A DNA stretch of 64,000 nt from positions 26,305-90,304 of the forward strand of contig CAZBHR010000005.1 of assembly GCA_964492025.1 (NCBI GenBank). Reading direction: 5' to 3'. This document shows, in pieces, positions 9,738-20,191 of the stretch. Source of the DNA: an uncultured Spirochaetia bacterium. GTDB taxonomy: Bacteria; Spirochaetota; Spirochaetia; CAZBHR01. The notes beneath the pieces are model-generated. The model did not search any database and had not been told where the DNA came from. It saw nothing but the letters and a program-made list of their open reading frames with translations. Numbering within the stretch: the first letter of the stretch is position 1; each line of letters starts with the position of its first letter. The translations under genes and the position numbers were made by a program.

Positions 9738-11186
9738 ATGATAATGATTAGACTATACAATACAACAACAAGAAAAAAAGAACCCTTTACACCAATTACT
9801 CCTGGCCGAGTAGGTGTGTATGCTTGTGGGCCAACTGTGTATAATTACGCCCATATTGGGAATCTTAGAACCTTTGTTTTTGAAGATATTCTTATGAGAA
9901 CACTTCGCCAATATGGGTATAGAACCAACTATGTGATGAATATAACCGATGTGGGGCACCTTACGGATGATGGAGATCAAGGAGATGATAAAATGGTTGT
10001 CTCCTCTCGAAAAATGAATAAAACTGTTTGGGAGGTTGCTGAGTTTTATACTAACGCCTTTTTGCAAGATGCCGAGGCACTTATGCTAACATCTCCGGAC
10101 ACTCTCTGTAAAGCAACCGATCATATTAGTGATATGATTGATCTTATTCAGAGGCTTGAAGAAAAAGGGTACACCTATGAGGCAGGGGGCAATATCTATT
10201 TTAGTATTGATAAATTTCCTCAGTATGGAGCTATGGCAAAATTAGATCTTGAGCAGATGCAGGCTGGATCCCGTGTTGATGTAGATACTCATAAGAAAAA
10301 TCCATTAGATTTTGTCTTATGGTTTACAAACTCAAAGTTTGAATCTCAAGCTATGATGTGGGATTCTCCTTGGGGACGTGGATACCCAGGATGGCACTTA
10401 GAGTGCTCCTCTATGAGTATGAAGTATCTAGGAGAGCATTTTGATATTCACTGTGGAGGAATTGATGCAGTTCCTGTTCACCACACCAATGAGATTGCCC
10501 AATCCGAGGCGGCTACAGGAAAAAAGTGGGTTAACTACTGGTTGCATGGGGAGTTTCTTATCATGGGTGATAAGAAAAAAATGTCTAAATCCGATGGGAA
10601 TTTTATAACCCTACAAAGTCTACGAGAGATGGGGTACGACCCTTTGGATTATAGGTTTTTCCTTCTTGGAGCACACTATAGGACACAGTTAACATTCTCC
10701 GAGGAAGCCCTACGGGGAGCTCAACAGGCAAGAGGACGTCTGATAAGTCTTGTTCAACAGCTTACTTCTCCTGGTGATGGAAAAGTTCCTAATATGCTAG
10801 TAGGTGATGATGATCTTTCAGGTGAAGCAATGAGACTGCTTATGTCCCTTGAAGAGGCTTTGTATGATGATTTACATACCCCAAGAGCACTTGCGGTAAT
10901 CTGGCAAGGTGTAAAAGAACTTAAAAGTAAACCAGCGGAGCTACTTACCTTACTGGAGCGAGCAGATCGTCTACTTGGTCTTGGGATTTTCTTGGCCAAG
11001 AAATCAGAGGAGATTCCAGAAGAGATAACAAAGCTCGTTGAAGATCGCCGTATTGCCCGTGAAAATCGGGATTACAAAGAGTCAGATCGATTGCGAGATA
11101 CAATTACTGCTGCTGGATACATGATAGAAGATAATTCCGATGGAACAACTTCTGTAAAAAAAATCAATACATGTGTAACAAAATGA
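9738..11186 (+). CDS. cysS: Cysteine--tRNA ligase
   Basis: HIGN and KMSKS class-I aminoacyl-tRNA synthetase motifs, with zinc-binding cysteines. Confidence 0.95.
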   Translation: MIMIRLYNTTTRKKEPFTPITPGRVGVYACGPTVYNYAHIGNLRTFVFEDILMRTLRQYGYRTNYVMNITDVGHLTDDGDQGDDKMVVSSRKMNKTVWEVAEFYTNAFLQDAEALMLTSPDTLCKATDHISDMIDLIQRLEEKGYTYEAGGNIYFSIDKFPQYGAMAKLDLEQMQAGSRVDVDTHKKNPLDFVLWFTNSKFESQAMMWDSPWGRGYPGWHLECSSMSMKYLGEHFDIHCGGIDAVPVHHTNEIAQSEAATGKKWVNYWLHGEFLIMGDKKKMSKSDGNFITLQSLREMGYDPLDYRFFLLGAHYRTQLTFSEEALRGAQQARGRLISLVQQLTSPGDGKVPNMLVGDDDLSGEAMRLLMSLEEALYDDLHTPRALAVIWQGVKELKSKPAELLTLLERADRLLGLGIFLAKKSEEIPEEITKLVEDRRIARENRDYKESDRLRDTITAAGYMIEDNSDGTTSVKKINTCVTK

Positions 11187-11205
11187 TAACTGGGGAGTTT
11201 ACTAT

Positions 11206-11742
11206 ATGAGAATTGAGAAGGAGTCTTTTCAAACTTTTGAAAAGGTTTATACTGAGTTGTACTCACTCATCTATAGAATTGCGTACCATGTAGTGTACGA
11301 TGATGATGCAGCGGAAGATGTAACCCAGGAGGCTTTTGTTAGGCTTTACCATTCGGATCATATCTTCTCAACCATCGACGATGCTAAATACTGGACTATT
11401 CGGGTTGTTAAGAACCTTGCAATAAACCAGTTGAGAAAAAAGAAGAGGTCTATCCAGCTTGTTGAAAAAATGGAGCAGGAGCAGGTTAAAACTTCGAATA
11501 CAGAAACTGGAGAGGACGTGTATATGAGAGAAGAGACCATACATTTAGTACGAGATGCTCTTACTCGATTACCCGATAATCTACGGTTGCCAATTATTTT
11601 GCGGGAGTACGGAGATATGTCATATAGTGAAATTGCTCAAGTTATGGGCATTTCAGAGAGTAATGTTAAAGTGAGAATTCACCGAGGACGTGCGAACCTT
11701 GAACGATTGTTAAACCAGGAGGAACTGTATGTGTCTAGATGA
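11206..11742 (+). CDS. ECF-type RNA polymerase sigma-70 factor
   Basis: Sigma-2 and sigma-4 regions (YSEIAQVMGISESNVKVRIHRGRANL) in a 178-aa protein. Confidence 0.85.
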   Translation: MRIEKESFQTFEKVYTELYSLIYRIAYHVVYDDDAAEDVTQEAFVRLYHSDHIFSTIDDAKYWTIRVVKNLAINQLRKKKRSIQLVEKMEQEQVKTSNTETGEDVYMREETIHLVRDALTRLPDNLRLPIILREYGDMSYSEIAQVMGISESNVKVRIHRGRANLERLLNQEELYVSR

Positions 11743-12763
11743 ACTAACCCTATCTACATATATTGATGATGAATTGACTCCTGAGGAGCTCAATACTGTT
11801 GAAGAGCATCTTGAGAAGTGTTCTGCCTGTCAAAAGCGACTAGATGAGCTACTAGATCTTCGAGATACCATAAAGGGTGTTGATTTTACCGTACCCCAAG
11901 AGCAGGTAACGAGTAGCTGGAGTGCTTTTCAGGAAACCATAAAAAAACAGGCAGACTTTGCACCACAAGAGAGATCAAGCTTTTGGAATAGAAAGGTTCC
12001 AATGCCTCTTTTTAGTGGTATTGCTGCAATTCTTCTTGTTATGGTTGGTATAACCTTTTCTATGGCGATTCAGCAGAAAGATAGTGGTGCTATCGCTTTT
12101 ACAGAATCCCAGAATACTGTGCAAGTAGCTCCTGCCCAATCATCCCCAGCTGGGGCTCCTATGATCGCCTCTGTAGAGAACATTGCAGAGGAGAGAGCTC
12201 CTGCAAGTAATCAGCAACCACTTCGTTCTGCTCCCATGCCGGTTATGAGTAGTGAAAGTGCCAGTGTTCGTGTTGCGACTGTTGTCAAAGATGAAACACC
12301 CGTAGTTGCACCTGTAGTAACTCAAGCTTTGGGTGAACCTGTATCAGAGGCACTGCTTGTGAATAGTGGTGGTGTAGAGCGATACTTGTACTCTCCATCC
12401 GTAACGGAAGAGATATCCGCAAATGCCGTAGTTGCATCGGAAGAGGATTTATGTAACATGGAAGTTGCGGCAGTTAAGAAGCATGGTCGATCAAGTATGG
12501 GTGTTATGATGAAAATCATGGAGAGGATTGGCGATCACTCTGGTGGTCACGAGAGTAGTTCTACTGCAGATGAGCAAACTGTTGATGTCTCCTCTGAGAT
12601 ATCTCTTGTTGATGTAATAGATTATTTAGAGAGCTTAGACATTCTCTATAAACTGTGGGTTCCACAGGACGAAGAGCTGTATCGTCTCGTGTTTTCTAAT
12701 GGAGAAGATAGGCTTTATACAGATATTCCAAAGGAGTATGTTGTGACTCCTGTCGGTGAATAG
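11729..12763 (+). CDS. Zinc-finger (ZAS-type) anti-sigma factor, single TM
   Basis: HLEKCSACQ zinc-binding motif, a TM segment LFSGIAAILLVMVGITFSM, and a low-complexity acidic/Ser-rich C-terminal domain. Overlaps the sigma gene by 14 nt. Confidence 0.7.
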   Translation: MCLDELTLSTYIDDELTPEELNTVEEHLEKCSACQKRLDELLDLRDTIKGVDFTVPQEQVTSSWSAFQETIKKQADFAPQERSSFWNRKVPMPLFSGIAAILLVMVGITFSMAIQQKDSGAIAFTESQNTVQVAPAQSSPAGAPMIASVENIAEERAPASNQQPLRSAPMPVMSSESASVRVATVVKDETPVVAPVVTQALGEPVSEALLVNSGGVERYLYSPSVTEEISANAVVASEEDLCNMEVAAVKKHGRSSMGVMMKIMERIGDHSGGHESSSTADEQTVDVSSEISLVDVIDYLESLDILYKLWVPQDEELYRLVFSNGEDRLYTDIPKEYVVTPVGE

Positions 12764-12776
12764 GAGTATGTTGTTT

Positions 12777-12806
12777 CTGAAGACTGAATTTTGATTCAGT
12801 CTTCAG
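12777..12806 (+). terminator. 13-bp perfect hairpin downstream of the anti-sigma gene
   Basis: ctgaagactgaat-tttg-attcagtcttcag, followed by a weak T tract. Confidence 0.45.
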
Positions 12807-12895
12807 AGTATTTTGATGTAACTAAACCTAGGGAATTGCAAAAAAGAGTTCTGATTCTCTTGTAAGAAATTCTAAAATACCATAATCTTACAACC

Positions 12896-15730
12896 ATGGA
12901 GAAAATTGTTGTTAAGGGTGCTCGTGAACACAACCTAAAGGATCTACACATTACTTTACCTCGAGATGCTTTTATTGTTATCTCAGGACTCAGTGGTTCT
13001 GGTAAATCGTCGCTCGCCTTTGATACTATTTTCGCAGAAGGGCAACGACGGTATGTTGAGTCACTCTCTGCTTATGCTCGTCAATTTTTAGGGCGTATGG
13101 AAAAGCCCGATGTTGATTATATTGAGGGACTTTCTCCTGCTATTTCTATTGAACAGAAAACTACCCATAAAAACCCCCGATCTACGGTGGGTACAGTTAC
13201 CGAGGTGTACGACTACTTACGTCTCCTCTGGGCTCGTATAGGGTCTCCTCACTGTCCGCAATGTGGAGACCCCATTGAAGAGCAGTCTATTGACCAAATT
13301 ATTGAAACAATTTTGCAGTGGGAAGAGGGGGAGCGTCTTATGATTTTAGCTCCCGTAGTGAGAGGTAGGAAAGGTCACCATAAAAAAGTTATCGATGATG
13401 CTATTAAAGGTGGATTTGTTCGTGCTATGGTAAATGGAGAGCTTGTTGAGCTCGCAGATCTTGAAGAGCTTGATAAGCAGAAAAAACATGATATTCACAT
13501 TGTGGTTGATAGGATAAAACTCTCAAAGGAGAACAGGAGAAGAATCTCCGACTCTATAGAGACCGCTCTTTCCGTAAGCCAAGGACTTGTTCTTCTTATA
13601 CGGTGGGATAACAACCAAGAGGAAATCCTTTTTTCTGAACATAGTGCCTGTATATCCTGTGGAATCTCTATTCCTGAAATGCAGCCACGGCTATTCTCTT
13701 TTAATAATCCATACGGAGCGTGTCCCGAATGTGACGGATTAGGATCATCTCGGGAGTTTGATGTTGATCTTCTGATTCCCGACCACAAAAAATCTATTGC
13801 AGAGGGAGCTATTGCTTGTGTAAATATAAAGGGTGCCTTTTTCCGTGCATGGATGGAAGCCTTTGTTGAAGCGTATAATATTACGCTGGATACACCGATT
13901 GAAAAATTTTCAAAGAAGGCATTATCTGCTCTCCTTTACGGAGGTGGTAAGGAGCTTCGGGTAGACTACACAAATACTAAGGGTAACGGAACTTTCTCCT
14001 ATACGAAATCATACCCCGGATTACTTCATGAGATGAAACGGAGGTACCGAGAGGCAGCCTCTGAAAGTATGAAAACTTGGTATGAGCAGTTTATGTCTAT
14101 CAATACCTGTGAAAGCTGTCATGGAAAACGACTTAGACCAGAGGCTCTTGCTGTCTCTGTTGGAGGGAAGTCTATTTATGACATATCTCAACTCTCTATT
14201 GGAGAGGCGGAGCAGTTCTTTCGAGATTTAGATCTTTCTGAAACTCATAAAAAAATTAGTGAGCAGATTCTTAAAGAAATTCGATCAAGACTCTCATTTT
14301 TACTGAGTGTTGGACTTGAGTACCTGTCACTCTCCCGTGGGGCAGCAACGCTCTCTGGTGGAGAGGCTCAACGTATTAGATTAGCTACCCAGATTGGGTC
14401 TTCTCTTATGGGAGTTTTGTACGTACTTGATGAGCCTACTATTGGGTTACACCAACGGGATAATGAGCGGCTGATTAAAACACTTATACGATTACGAGAT
14501 CTTGGAAACACGGTAATTGTTGTAGAGCATGACGATGCAACACTTTTAGCAGCAGATCATATTGTTGATCTAGGTCCTGGTGCAGGTGTTCACGGAGGTA
14601 CAGTTGTTGCTCAGGGAACTCCTCAAGAGGTTATGAAAAATGAGAAGAGTTTAACAGGACAGTATCTTGCGGGAGTACTTAAGCTTAAAACTCCAGATGT
14701 TCCACGGGATGGTAATGGAAAGAAAATTACCCTAAAGGGTGTTAGAAGGCACAACTTGAAAGGTATAGATGTAACTATTCCTCTAGGGGTGCTTGCTGTT
14801 ATATCTGGGGTTTCAGGGTCTGGGAAATCTACCCTTATGAATGAAGTTTTACAGCCCGCACTTCACGCAACACTTGCCAAGAAATCTCTACAAAAAAGTA
14901 AGAAATACTTTACTAGTATCTCTGGTACTGAGCATATAGATAAGGTTATTACTATAGATCAGTCACCAATTGGCAGAACTCCGAGATCAAACCCTGCAAC
15001 ATATGTTGGAGTTTTTACACCTATTCGAGAACTCTTTGCTTCATTACCAGAGGCTAAGGCCCGTGGATATAAGGCTGGTCGTTTCTCTTTTAACGTAAAA
15101 GGTGGAAGGTGTGAAAAGTGCCAGGGTGCGGGAACATTAAAGATAGAGATGCACTTTTTACCAGATGTATACGTTACCTGTGACCTCTGTGAAGGGAGAC
15201 GGTATAATAAGGAGACCCTGGAAATTCGATACAAAGGGAAAAATATAGATGATGTTCTTCGAATGACCATTGAGGACGCCGCTGAATTTTTCTCTGCATT
15301 TCCTGTTATTAAGCGTAAGCTTGATACACTGCTCTCCGTAGGACTAGGGTATATCACTCTTGGCCAATCGGCACTAACCTTTTCAGGAGGCGAAGCTCAA
15401 CGTATTAAGCTTAGTTTAGAGCTTTCCAAGGTAGGAACCGGCAAGACCTTTTATCTTTTGGATGAGCCCACTACAGGACTTCACTTTGTTGATATTCAAA
15501 AACTTATGGAAGTATTACAACGGTTAGTCGACCTTGGGAATACGGTGGTTCTTATTGAACATAATATGGATGTTATTGAAAGTGCGGACTATCTTGTAGA
15601 TCTTGGCCCTGAAGGAGGAGATCGTGGAGGAGAATTGGTAGCCTCTGGAACCCCATTCGATATTATACAATCACCTCGTTCTTATACAGGACAATTCTTA
15701 CAACAACTCAAAGAGAGTCGCCATGAATAA
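12896..15730 (+). CDS. uvrA: Excinuclease ABC subunit A
   Basis: Two ABC ATPase modules and the zinc-finger cysteines CPECDGLG and CEKCQGAG in a 944-aa protein. Confidence 0.95.
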   Translation: MEKIVVKGAREHNLKDLHITLPRDAFIVISGLSGSGKSSLAFDTIFAEGQRRYVESLSAYARQFLGRMEKPDVDYIEGLSPAISIEQKTTHKNPRSTVGTVTEVYDYLRLLWARIGSPHCPQCGDPIEEQSIDQIIETILQWEEGERLMILAPVVRGRKGHHKKVIDDAIKGGFVRAMVNGELVELADLEELDKQKKHDIHIVVDRIKLSKENRRRISDSIETALSVSQGLVLLIRWDNNQEEILFSEHSACISCGISIPEMQPRLFSFNNPYGACPECDGLGSSREFDVDLLIPDHKKSIAEGAIACVNIKGAFFRAWMEAFVEAYNITLDTPIEKFSKKALSALLYGGGKELRVDYTNTKGNGTFSYTKSYPGLLHEMKRRYREAASESMKTWYEQFMSINTCESCHGKRLRPEALAVSVGGKSIYDISQLSIGEAEQFFRDLDLSETHKKISEQILKEIRSRLSFLLSVGLEYLSLSRGAATLSGGEAQRIRLATQIGSSLMGVLYVLDEPTIGLHQRDNERLIKTLIRLRDLGNTVIVVEHDDATLLAADHIVDLGPGAGVHGGTVVAQGTPQEVMKNEKSLTGQYLAGVLKLKTPDVPRDGNGKKITLKGVRRHNLKGIDVTIPLGVLAVISGVSGSGKSTLMNEVLQPALHATLAKKSLQKSKKYFTSISGTEHIDKVITIDQSPIGRTPRSNPATYVGVFTPIRELFASLPEAKARGYKAGRFSFNVKGGRCEKCQGAGTLKIEMHFLPDVYVTCDLCEGRRYNKETLEIRYKGKNIDDVLRMTIEDAAEFFSAFPVIKRKLDTLLSVGLGYITLGQSALTFSGGEAQRIKLSLELSKVGTGKTFYLLDEPTTGLHFVDIQKLMEVLQRLVDLGNTVVLIEHNMDVIESADYLVDLGPEGGDRGGELVASGTPFDIIQSPRSYTGQFLQQLKESRHE

Positions 15731-18700
15731 AAAAATACTACTACTTCTTTTTATCTACTTATTCTCAATCAGCTTTTTTCTCATAGGAGAGGATGAGAGC
15801 AAGGATTCAGAGGGTTCAGTGAGTTCTTTTTTTGATAAGATCTCTACAATGAAAGAGGAAGAAAGTAGTGACGATGAATCACTTATTGAGCCTAAAGAAG
15901 ATATTGTGCTTACTGTGACTCAGCAGATAGCACTTATGGAGATAAACCATTTTTCAATGGAGAAGCTTCGACGGTGGTTGCTTGGTCTCAGTTTGTCAGC
16001 TCAAGGAGATAGGCCGACCCTACAAAAAAGGCTTCTTGAGTACTATGAAATTCCCTTTGAGTTTCTCGATGCTCCCGCTATTGAAGTAGAGAATCAGGAA
16101 GATAATACAATTCGGATTGTATCGGCGGATAGCTTAAATAGTATTACTGTATCAGCAATTAATGAAACCTATTTATCAGTTCAGGGGAGCGTATTTATAG
16201 AGCTTCCAGGAGAAGGCGAGCAGTGGCTTTCTGCAAATTCCATTATTTACAATAAAGATTTAGATATTGCAACAGCCTATGGAAATGTAAGTTTTCAATC
16301 TCCCGATAATACAAGTGATTTCCCAATTACCGGAGGGTATGTATCTATTATTGGTTCTGGTGATTCAACTGTTATCTTAGATGGTTCTACCTCTATAGGA
16401 GAGAGTGATATGCTCTTGCAAGGGGAAGATTTTTATATTGACGGAGAAACAATTATTCTTAAATCAGGAGAGGTGAGTTTACGAAAAGGAACTATTACCA
16501 GTGACCCTCATGATGATCCCTATTACCGTATTCAGGCAAACAGAGCTCGTACATATGCTGATGGAACCTTTTACCTACAAGGTGCATCACTTTACCTAGG
16601 AAGAATTCCAACTTTTTATTTTCCCGCATTTATCTATCCTGGAAAATCATTCTCCTTTCACCCATCCTTTGGTATTGATAGTACCTATGGGTTTTATATG
16701 AATACTACTACATATTTGTGGGGTAAACACTCAGGAGTTAGTCAGAGAAAAGATAATGAATCAGGAACCTCTCTGTTTAACTTTATTTCCGATAACAGTG
16801 GAGAGCACTACTACGACTTACGTGGTTTTTTTGTAGAGCCGAGAGATACAAAATCTCCAAGGGAAGAGTGGGCTGATGAAACTGGATCCAGCCTCGCTCT
16901 TGTTGCTGACTACTATACTCGGTCAGGACTATTCCTCGGTGTATTTTATGAAAAAACAAAAAAGTTTGGTCCCTTTTCTAAAATACAGTTAGGTGGAGGA
17001 TTGGCTAATAGTTATCATATTTACAAAAATATCGATGAGAGTTTTAGTCGGTTTGTTCCAGGTACCACTGATAGAACTCGGTTCTACACATACTTTTTAG
17101 GAAGTAAAATTCCATTCCGTTTCTTTTGGGATATTAACTTAGCTGTATCATTAGGAAAGGTTTCTGGGTCTATTAAACTTCCTTACTACTCAGATCCCTA
17201 CCTTGAAAGTCAGTTTGCTATAGGCAGGTACTTTGAAGAACGAAGACAGGATATTACTTTAGGAGAGCTTCTCTTTAATCCTCTATCTTCTACTTCTCGA
17301 GATATTGATAGAAAAAAGAGTTCTCTTAACTGGAGCATGAATTTAAGCTGGAACCCACGCTTTTCTCATCAACTTATTAAGGGATTCCGATTATCAGCTT
17401 TTGAAATAAACCTACTTTGGCGACAGCAATCCTTATCTCCTCAACCAGGACATATAGGAGGTTCTGTACTTTATAACGAGTCTATGTATCTTCCAAAAAC
17501 ACTACAGTTACCCCTTATTTCAATGCAGCTTGGTGGGGTAATTTTTAAAGGATCCATACGTCCTTCAAATAGTACGGTTGATAGAAAAGCAGTTATTTCA
17601 GAAAATCCAGTGGCAGCAGAATCTATTATTAATACACATAGGGAGAGCGTCTCTTTATTGTATTCTGAAGATGAGCTATCCAAAAGGGTAAGAGAAGGTC
17701 AGGTGAGTTCTGACAGCCTTAAACATAGAGGACTGAGACCCTATGATTATATTGTGTTGCCCTATAAAAAACCTTGGACAAAACCTCAGACCTCATATAA
17801 ACTTAAGGAGTACTTTTCAAACTCCCTTGAGTATCGTTCATCCTTGAAGTCTGAAACTTTATACCATTTTAATTTTACCACACTCAATCCTGAAGAGCAA
17901 ATTATGAGTTATAAGCACTATGCGGAGTATAACTTTAAAGGGGATTTATCAGTAACCTATAAAGCTAAATTTATAGAAGATCTGTTTTCAGTTACCAACA
18001 AACTAAACCTTTCAGGTAAGTATAAAAACTATTTTGATAGATCAACTCTTGTGGATGAGAACGGTGAGTTACTTATGCCTGACTCAAAATGGGAATCCAT
18101 AACAAAAGATGAGGAACGAAATACATACTTTTGGATCAAAAATTCTCTTTCCGTAACAATGAGACCTTTTTTTGTAAGTGATTACTGGGGAGATTCTTAT
18201 GTTTCATACACTTTACAGCAGAATATTTTTGACTATGAATATGATTTTGAAGAAGAGCGATATATACCAACTTGGCACAGGTGGTCAAGTAAAGAGGTAA
18301 CAAATCACAGCTTAGAGGGAGCATTGATTTTTGACTCTTCCTATGTTCGTGGAGAGCTCAAAGCTACATCTTCGCTTCCTCCTCGTAACAACCTTCAGCA
18401 GTCACTATCGCCATCCTTATCATTTTTTATGGGAGAGTATCTTACACTTATAGGAGACACCTCTATTTCTCGAGTAGGATCTCGAAAAGAGGAAGAGAGT
18501 CCATACACCTTTACAGAGTGGACACAGCAAGACTATAATATTACTCTACTAGGAGATTTTCCCCTTGTAAGCTTCTCTGAAAGACTTACCTTTGGTGTAG
18601 GAGAAAATGAGGGTGATGTTTTCAGTACTACAACTCTAGATTTTAAGCTTTTTAATGAAAAATTCTATATTAAGAATCTGCTATTAACTGATATAAAAGA

Positions 18701-19358
18701 GCAAACTATTGATGCGTATCAGTTAAAACTTTCCTTATATAATTTTGAAACAACCTATGAGTTTGCAAAAATAGGACTATTGAATGAACTTCGACTTGTA
18801 AACTCATCATATCGGTGGGAACACACATACAATCCAAAACCATTCTGGAGAAACCGTTTCTACGATATAACCCTTAAGCCAGATTTTCTTTTCTCCATAG
18901 ATCACTTAAATAAGTTTAATAACTCTCTGACCCTTGGTGCTACTATTAAATTTAAGATTTTTGAATTTTTAGATTTGTCATTTTCTGCACATAGCCAGAA
19001 TGATGCTACCTTCAAATACTTTAATGGTGATGGAGGGTTTTTGGTAACCGATGTACTGGTGGATCTATTTAAGTCAATAAACTTTTTCTACACACCCCAC
19101 AGGGAGGAGTCTCCATTTAAGTTAAACTCTGTGGATCTTTCATTTATTCACTACATGAGAGATTGGACTTTTACATTTTCCCTCAAGGGAGACTTTACCT
19201 ATAGAGTTGATTATAACGATCCAACCCTAAGTGGATTCCGATGGATTCCTGAGTATATTTTTGCTGTACAATGGACACCATTAAAAGAGATGAGTTATAA
19301 CGCTCGTATATACAAAGATGACAACGGTGAAATTATCATCGAAAATGAGAAAAAATAA
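15723..19358 (+). CDS. Large outer-membrane protein, LptD/OstA-like (N-terminal beta-jellyroll plus large C-terminal barrel)
   Basis: 1211 aa with a signal peptide and an OstA-N-like region (IVSADSLNSITVS...GNVSF). The long C-terminal region is rich in aromatic beta-strands. Overlaps uvrA by 8 nt. Treponema places lptD next to uvrA, from memory. Confidence 0.5.
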   Translation: MNKKILLLLFIYLFSISFFLIGEDESKDSEGSVSSFFDKISTMKEEESSDDESLIEPKEDIVLTVTQQIALMEINHFSMEKLRRWLLGLSLSAQGDRPTLQKRLLEYYEIPFEFLDAPAIEVENQEDNTIRIVSADSLNSITVSAINETYLSVQGSVFIELPGEGEQWLSANSIIYNKDLDIATAYGNVSFQSPDNTSDFPITGGYVSIIGSGDSTVILDGSTSIGESDMLLQGEDFYIDGETIILKSGEVSLRKGTITSDPHDDPYYRIQANRARTYADGTFYLQGASLYLGRIPTFYFPAFIYPGKSFSFHPSFGIDSTYGFYMNTTTYLWGKHSGVSQRKDNESGTSLFNFISDNSGEHYYDLRGFFVEPRDTKSPREEWADETGSSLALVADYYTRSGLFLGVFYEKTKKFGPFSKIQLGGGLANSYHIYKNIDESFSRFVPGTTDRTRFYTYFLGSKIPFRFFWDINLAVSLGKVSGSIKLPYYSDPYLESQFAIGRYFEERRQDITLGELLFNPLSSTSRDIDRKKSSLNWSMNLSWNPRFSHQLIKGFRLSAFEINLLWRQQSLSPQPGHIGGSVLYNESMYLPKTLQLPLISMQLGGVIFKGSIRPSNSTVDRKAVISENPVAAESIINTHRESVSLLYSEDELSKRVREGQVSSDSLKHRGLRPYDYIVLPYKKPWTKPQTSYKLKEYFSNSLEYRSSLKSETLYHFNFTTLNPEEQIMSYKHYAEYNFKGDLSVTYKAKFIEDLFSVTNKLNLSGKYKNYFDRSTLVDENGELLMPDSKWESITKDEERNTYFWIKNSLSVTMRPFFVSDYWGDSYVSYTLQQNIFDYEYDFEEERYIPTWHRWSSKEVTNHSLEGALIFDSSYVRGELKATSSLPPRNNLQQSLSPSLSFFMGEYLTLIGDTSISRVGSRKEEESPYTFTEWTQQDYNITLLGDFPLVSFSERLTFGVGENEGDVFSTTTLDFKLFNEKFYIKNLLLTDIKEQTIDAYQLKLSLYNFETTYEFAKIGLLNELRLVNSSYRWEHTYNPKPFWRNRFYDITLKPDFLFSIDHLNKFNNSLTLGATIKFKIFEFLDLSFSAHSQNDATFKYFNGDGGFLVTDVLVDLFKSINFFYTPHREESPFKLNSVDLSFIHYMRDWTFTFSLKGDFTYRVDYNDPTLSGFRWIPEYIFAVQWTPLKEMSYNARIYKDDNGEIIIENEKK

Positions 19359-19368
19359 GGAGAGTATT

Positions 19369-20190
19369 ATGAGTTTAGAAGAATTAAAGAAGCAAGCTCT
19401 TGAAATTCGAAAATCGACTATTGATCAAGTTGGATACCTTGGTGTTGGCCACATTGGTGGTGCTATGTCCATTGTTGAGTTACTCACAGTGCTGTACTAC
19501 AGTGTTATGCGTATTGATCCAACTCAACCGAAGATGGAAGATAGGGATCGTCTTGTACTCTCTAAAGGTCATGCAGGTCCTGCACTCTACTCAACCTTAG
19601 CAAGTAAGGGATTCTTTCCTGAAGATTGGTTGCATACATTGAACCATGGAGGAACAAACCTTCCTAGTCACTGTGATATGAATAAGACCCCAGGGATCGA
19701 TTTTACTACTGGCTCTCTTGGCCAAGGTTCTTCCGCTGCAGTGGGTATTGCAAAGGGGCTAAAAATTAAAAAATCTTCAAGCTGGGTGTATCTTATCCTT
19801 GGTGACGGAGAGTGTCAGGAGGGGCAAGTATGGGAAGCTGCCATGAGTGCTGCTCATTTTGGGCTTGATAACCTTATTGCCTTTGTTGATAACAACCAAC
19901 AGCAGATTGATGGTTACACATCTGATGTAATGAATATTGAGGAGATTGATCAAAAGTGGAGTAGCTTTGGATGGCACACTCTCCGAATTGATGGTCATGA
20001 TATTGAGGCTATTCTACAATCAATAGAGCAGGGGAAAAAAGAGAAGGGTAGACCTACTATGATTATCTTGGATACAAAAAAATCCTATGGTTTTATTCCT
20101 GGTGAGGGTAATTTAGGCAATCATAATATGGCATTTGACTACGAAACTGCACTTAAGGCAATTAAAGATTTAGAAGAGAGGGAGGCGTAA
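19369..20190 (+). CDS. Transketolase, N-terminal (TPP-binding) subunit
   Basis: GHIGGAMSIVELL thiamine-pyrophosphate motif. Start moved to the ATG at 19369 with RBS aaggagag. Confidence 0.85.
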   Translation: MSLEELKKQALEIRKSTIDQVGYLGVGHIGGAMSIVELLTVLYYSVMRIDPTQPKMEDRDRLVLSKGHAGPALYSTLASKGFFPEDWLHTLNHGGTNLPSHCDMNKTPGIDFTTGSLGQGSSAAVGIAKGLKIKKSSSWVYLILGDGECQEGQVWEAAMSAAHFGLDNLIAFVDNNQQQIDGYTSDVMNIEEIDQKWSSFGWHTLRIDGHDIEAILQSIEQGKKEKGRPTMIILDTKKSYGFIPGEGNLGNHNMAFDYETALKAIKDLEEREA

Positions 20191-20191
20191 G

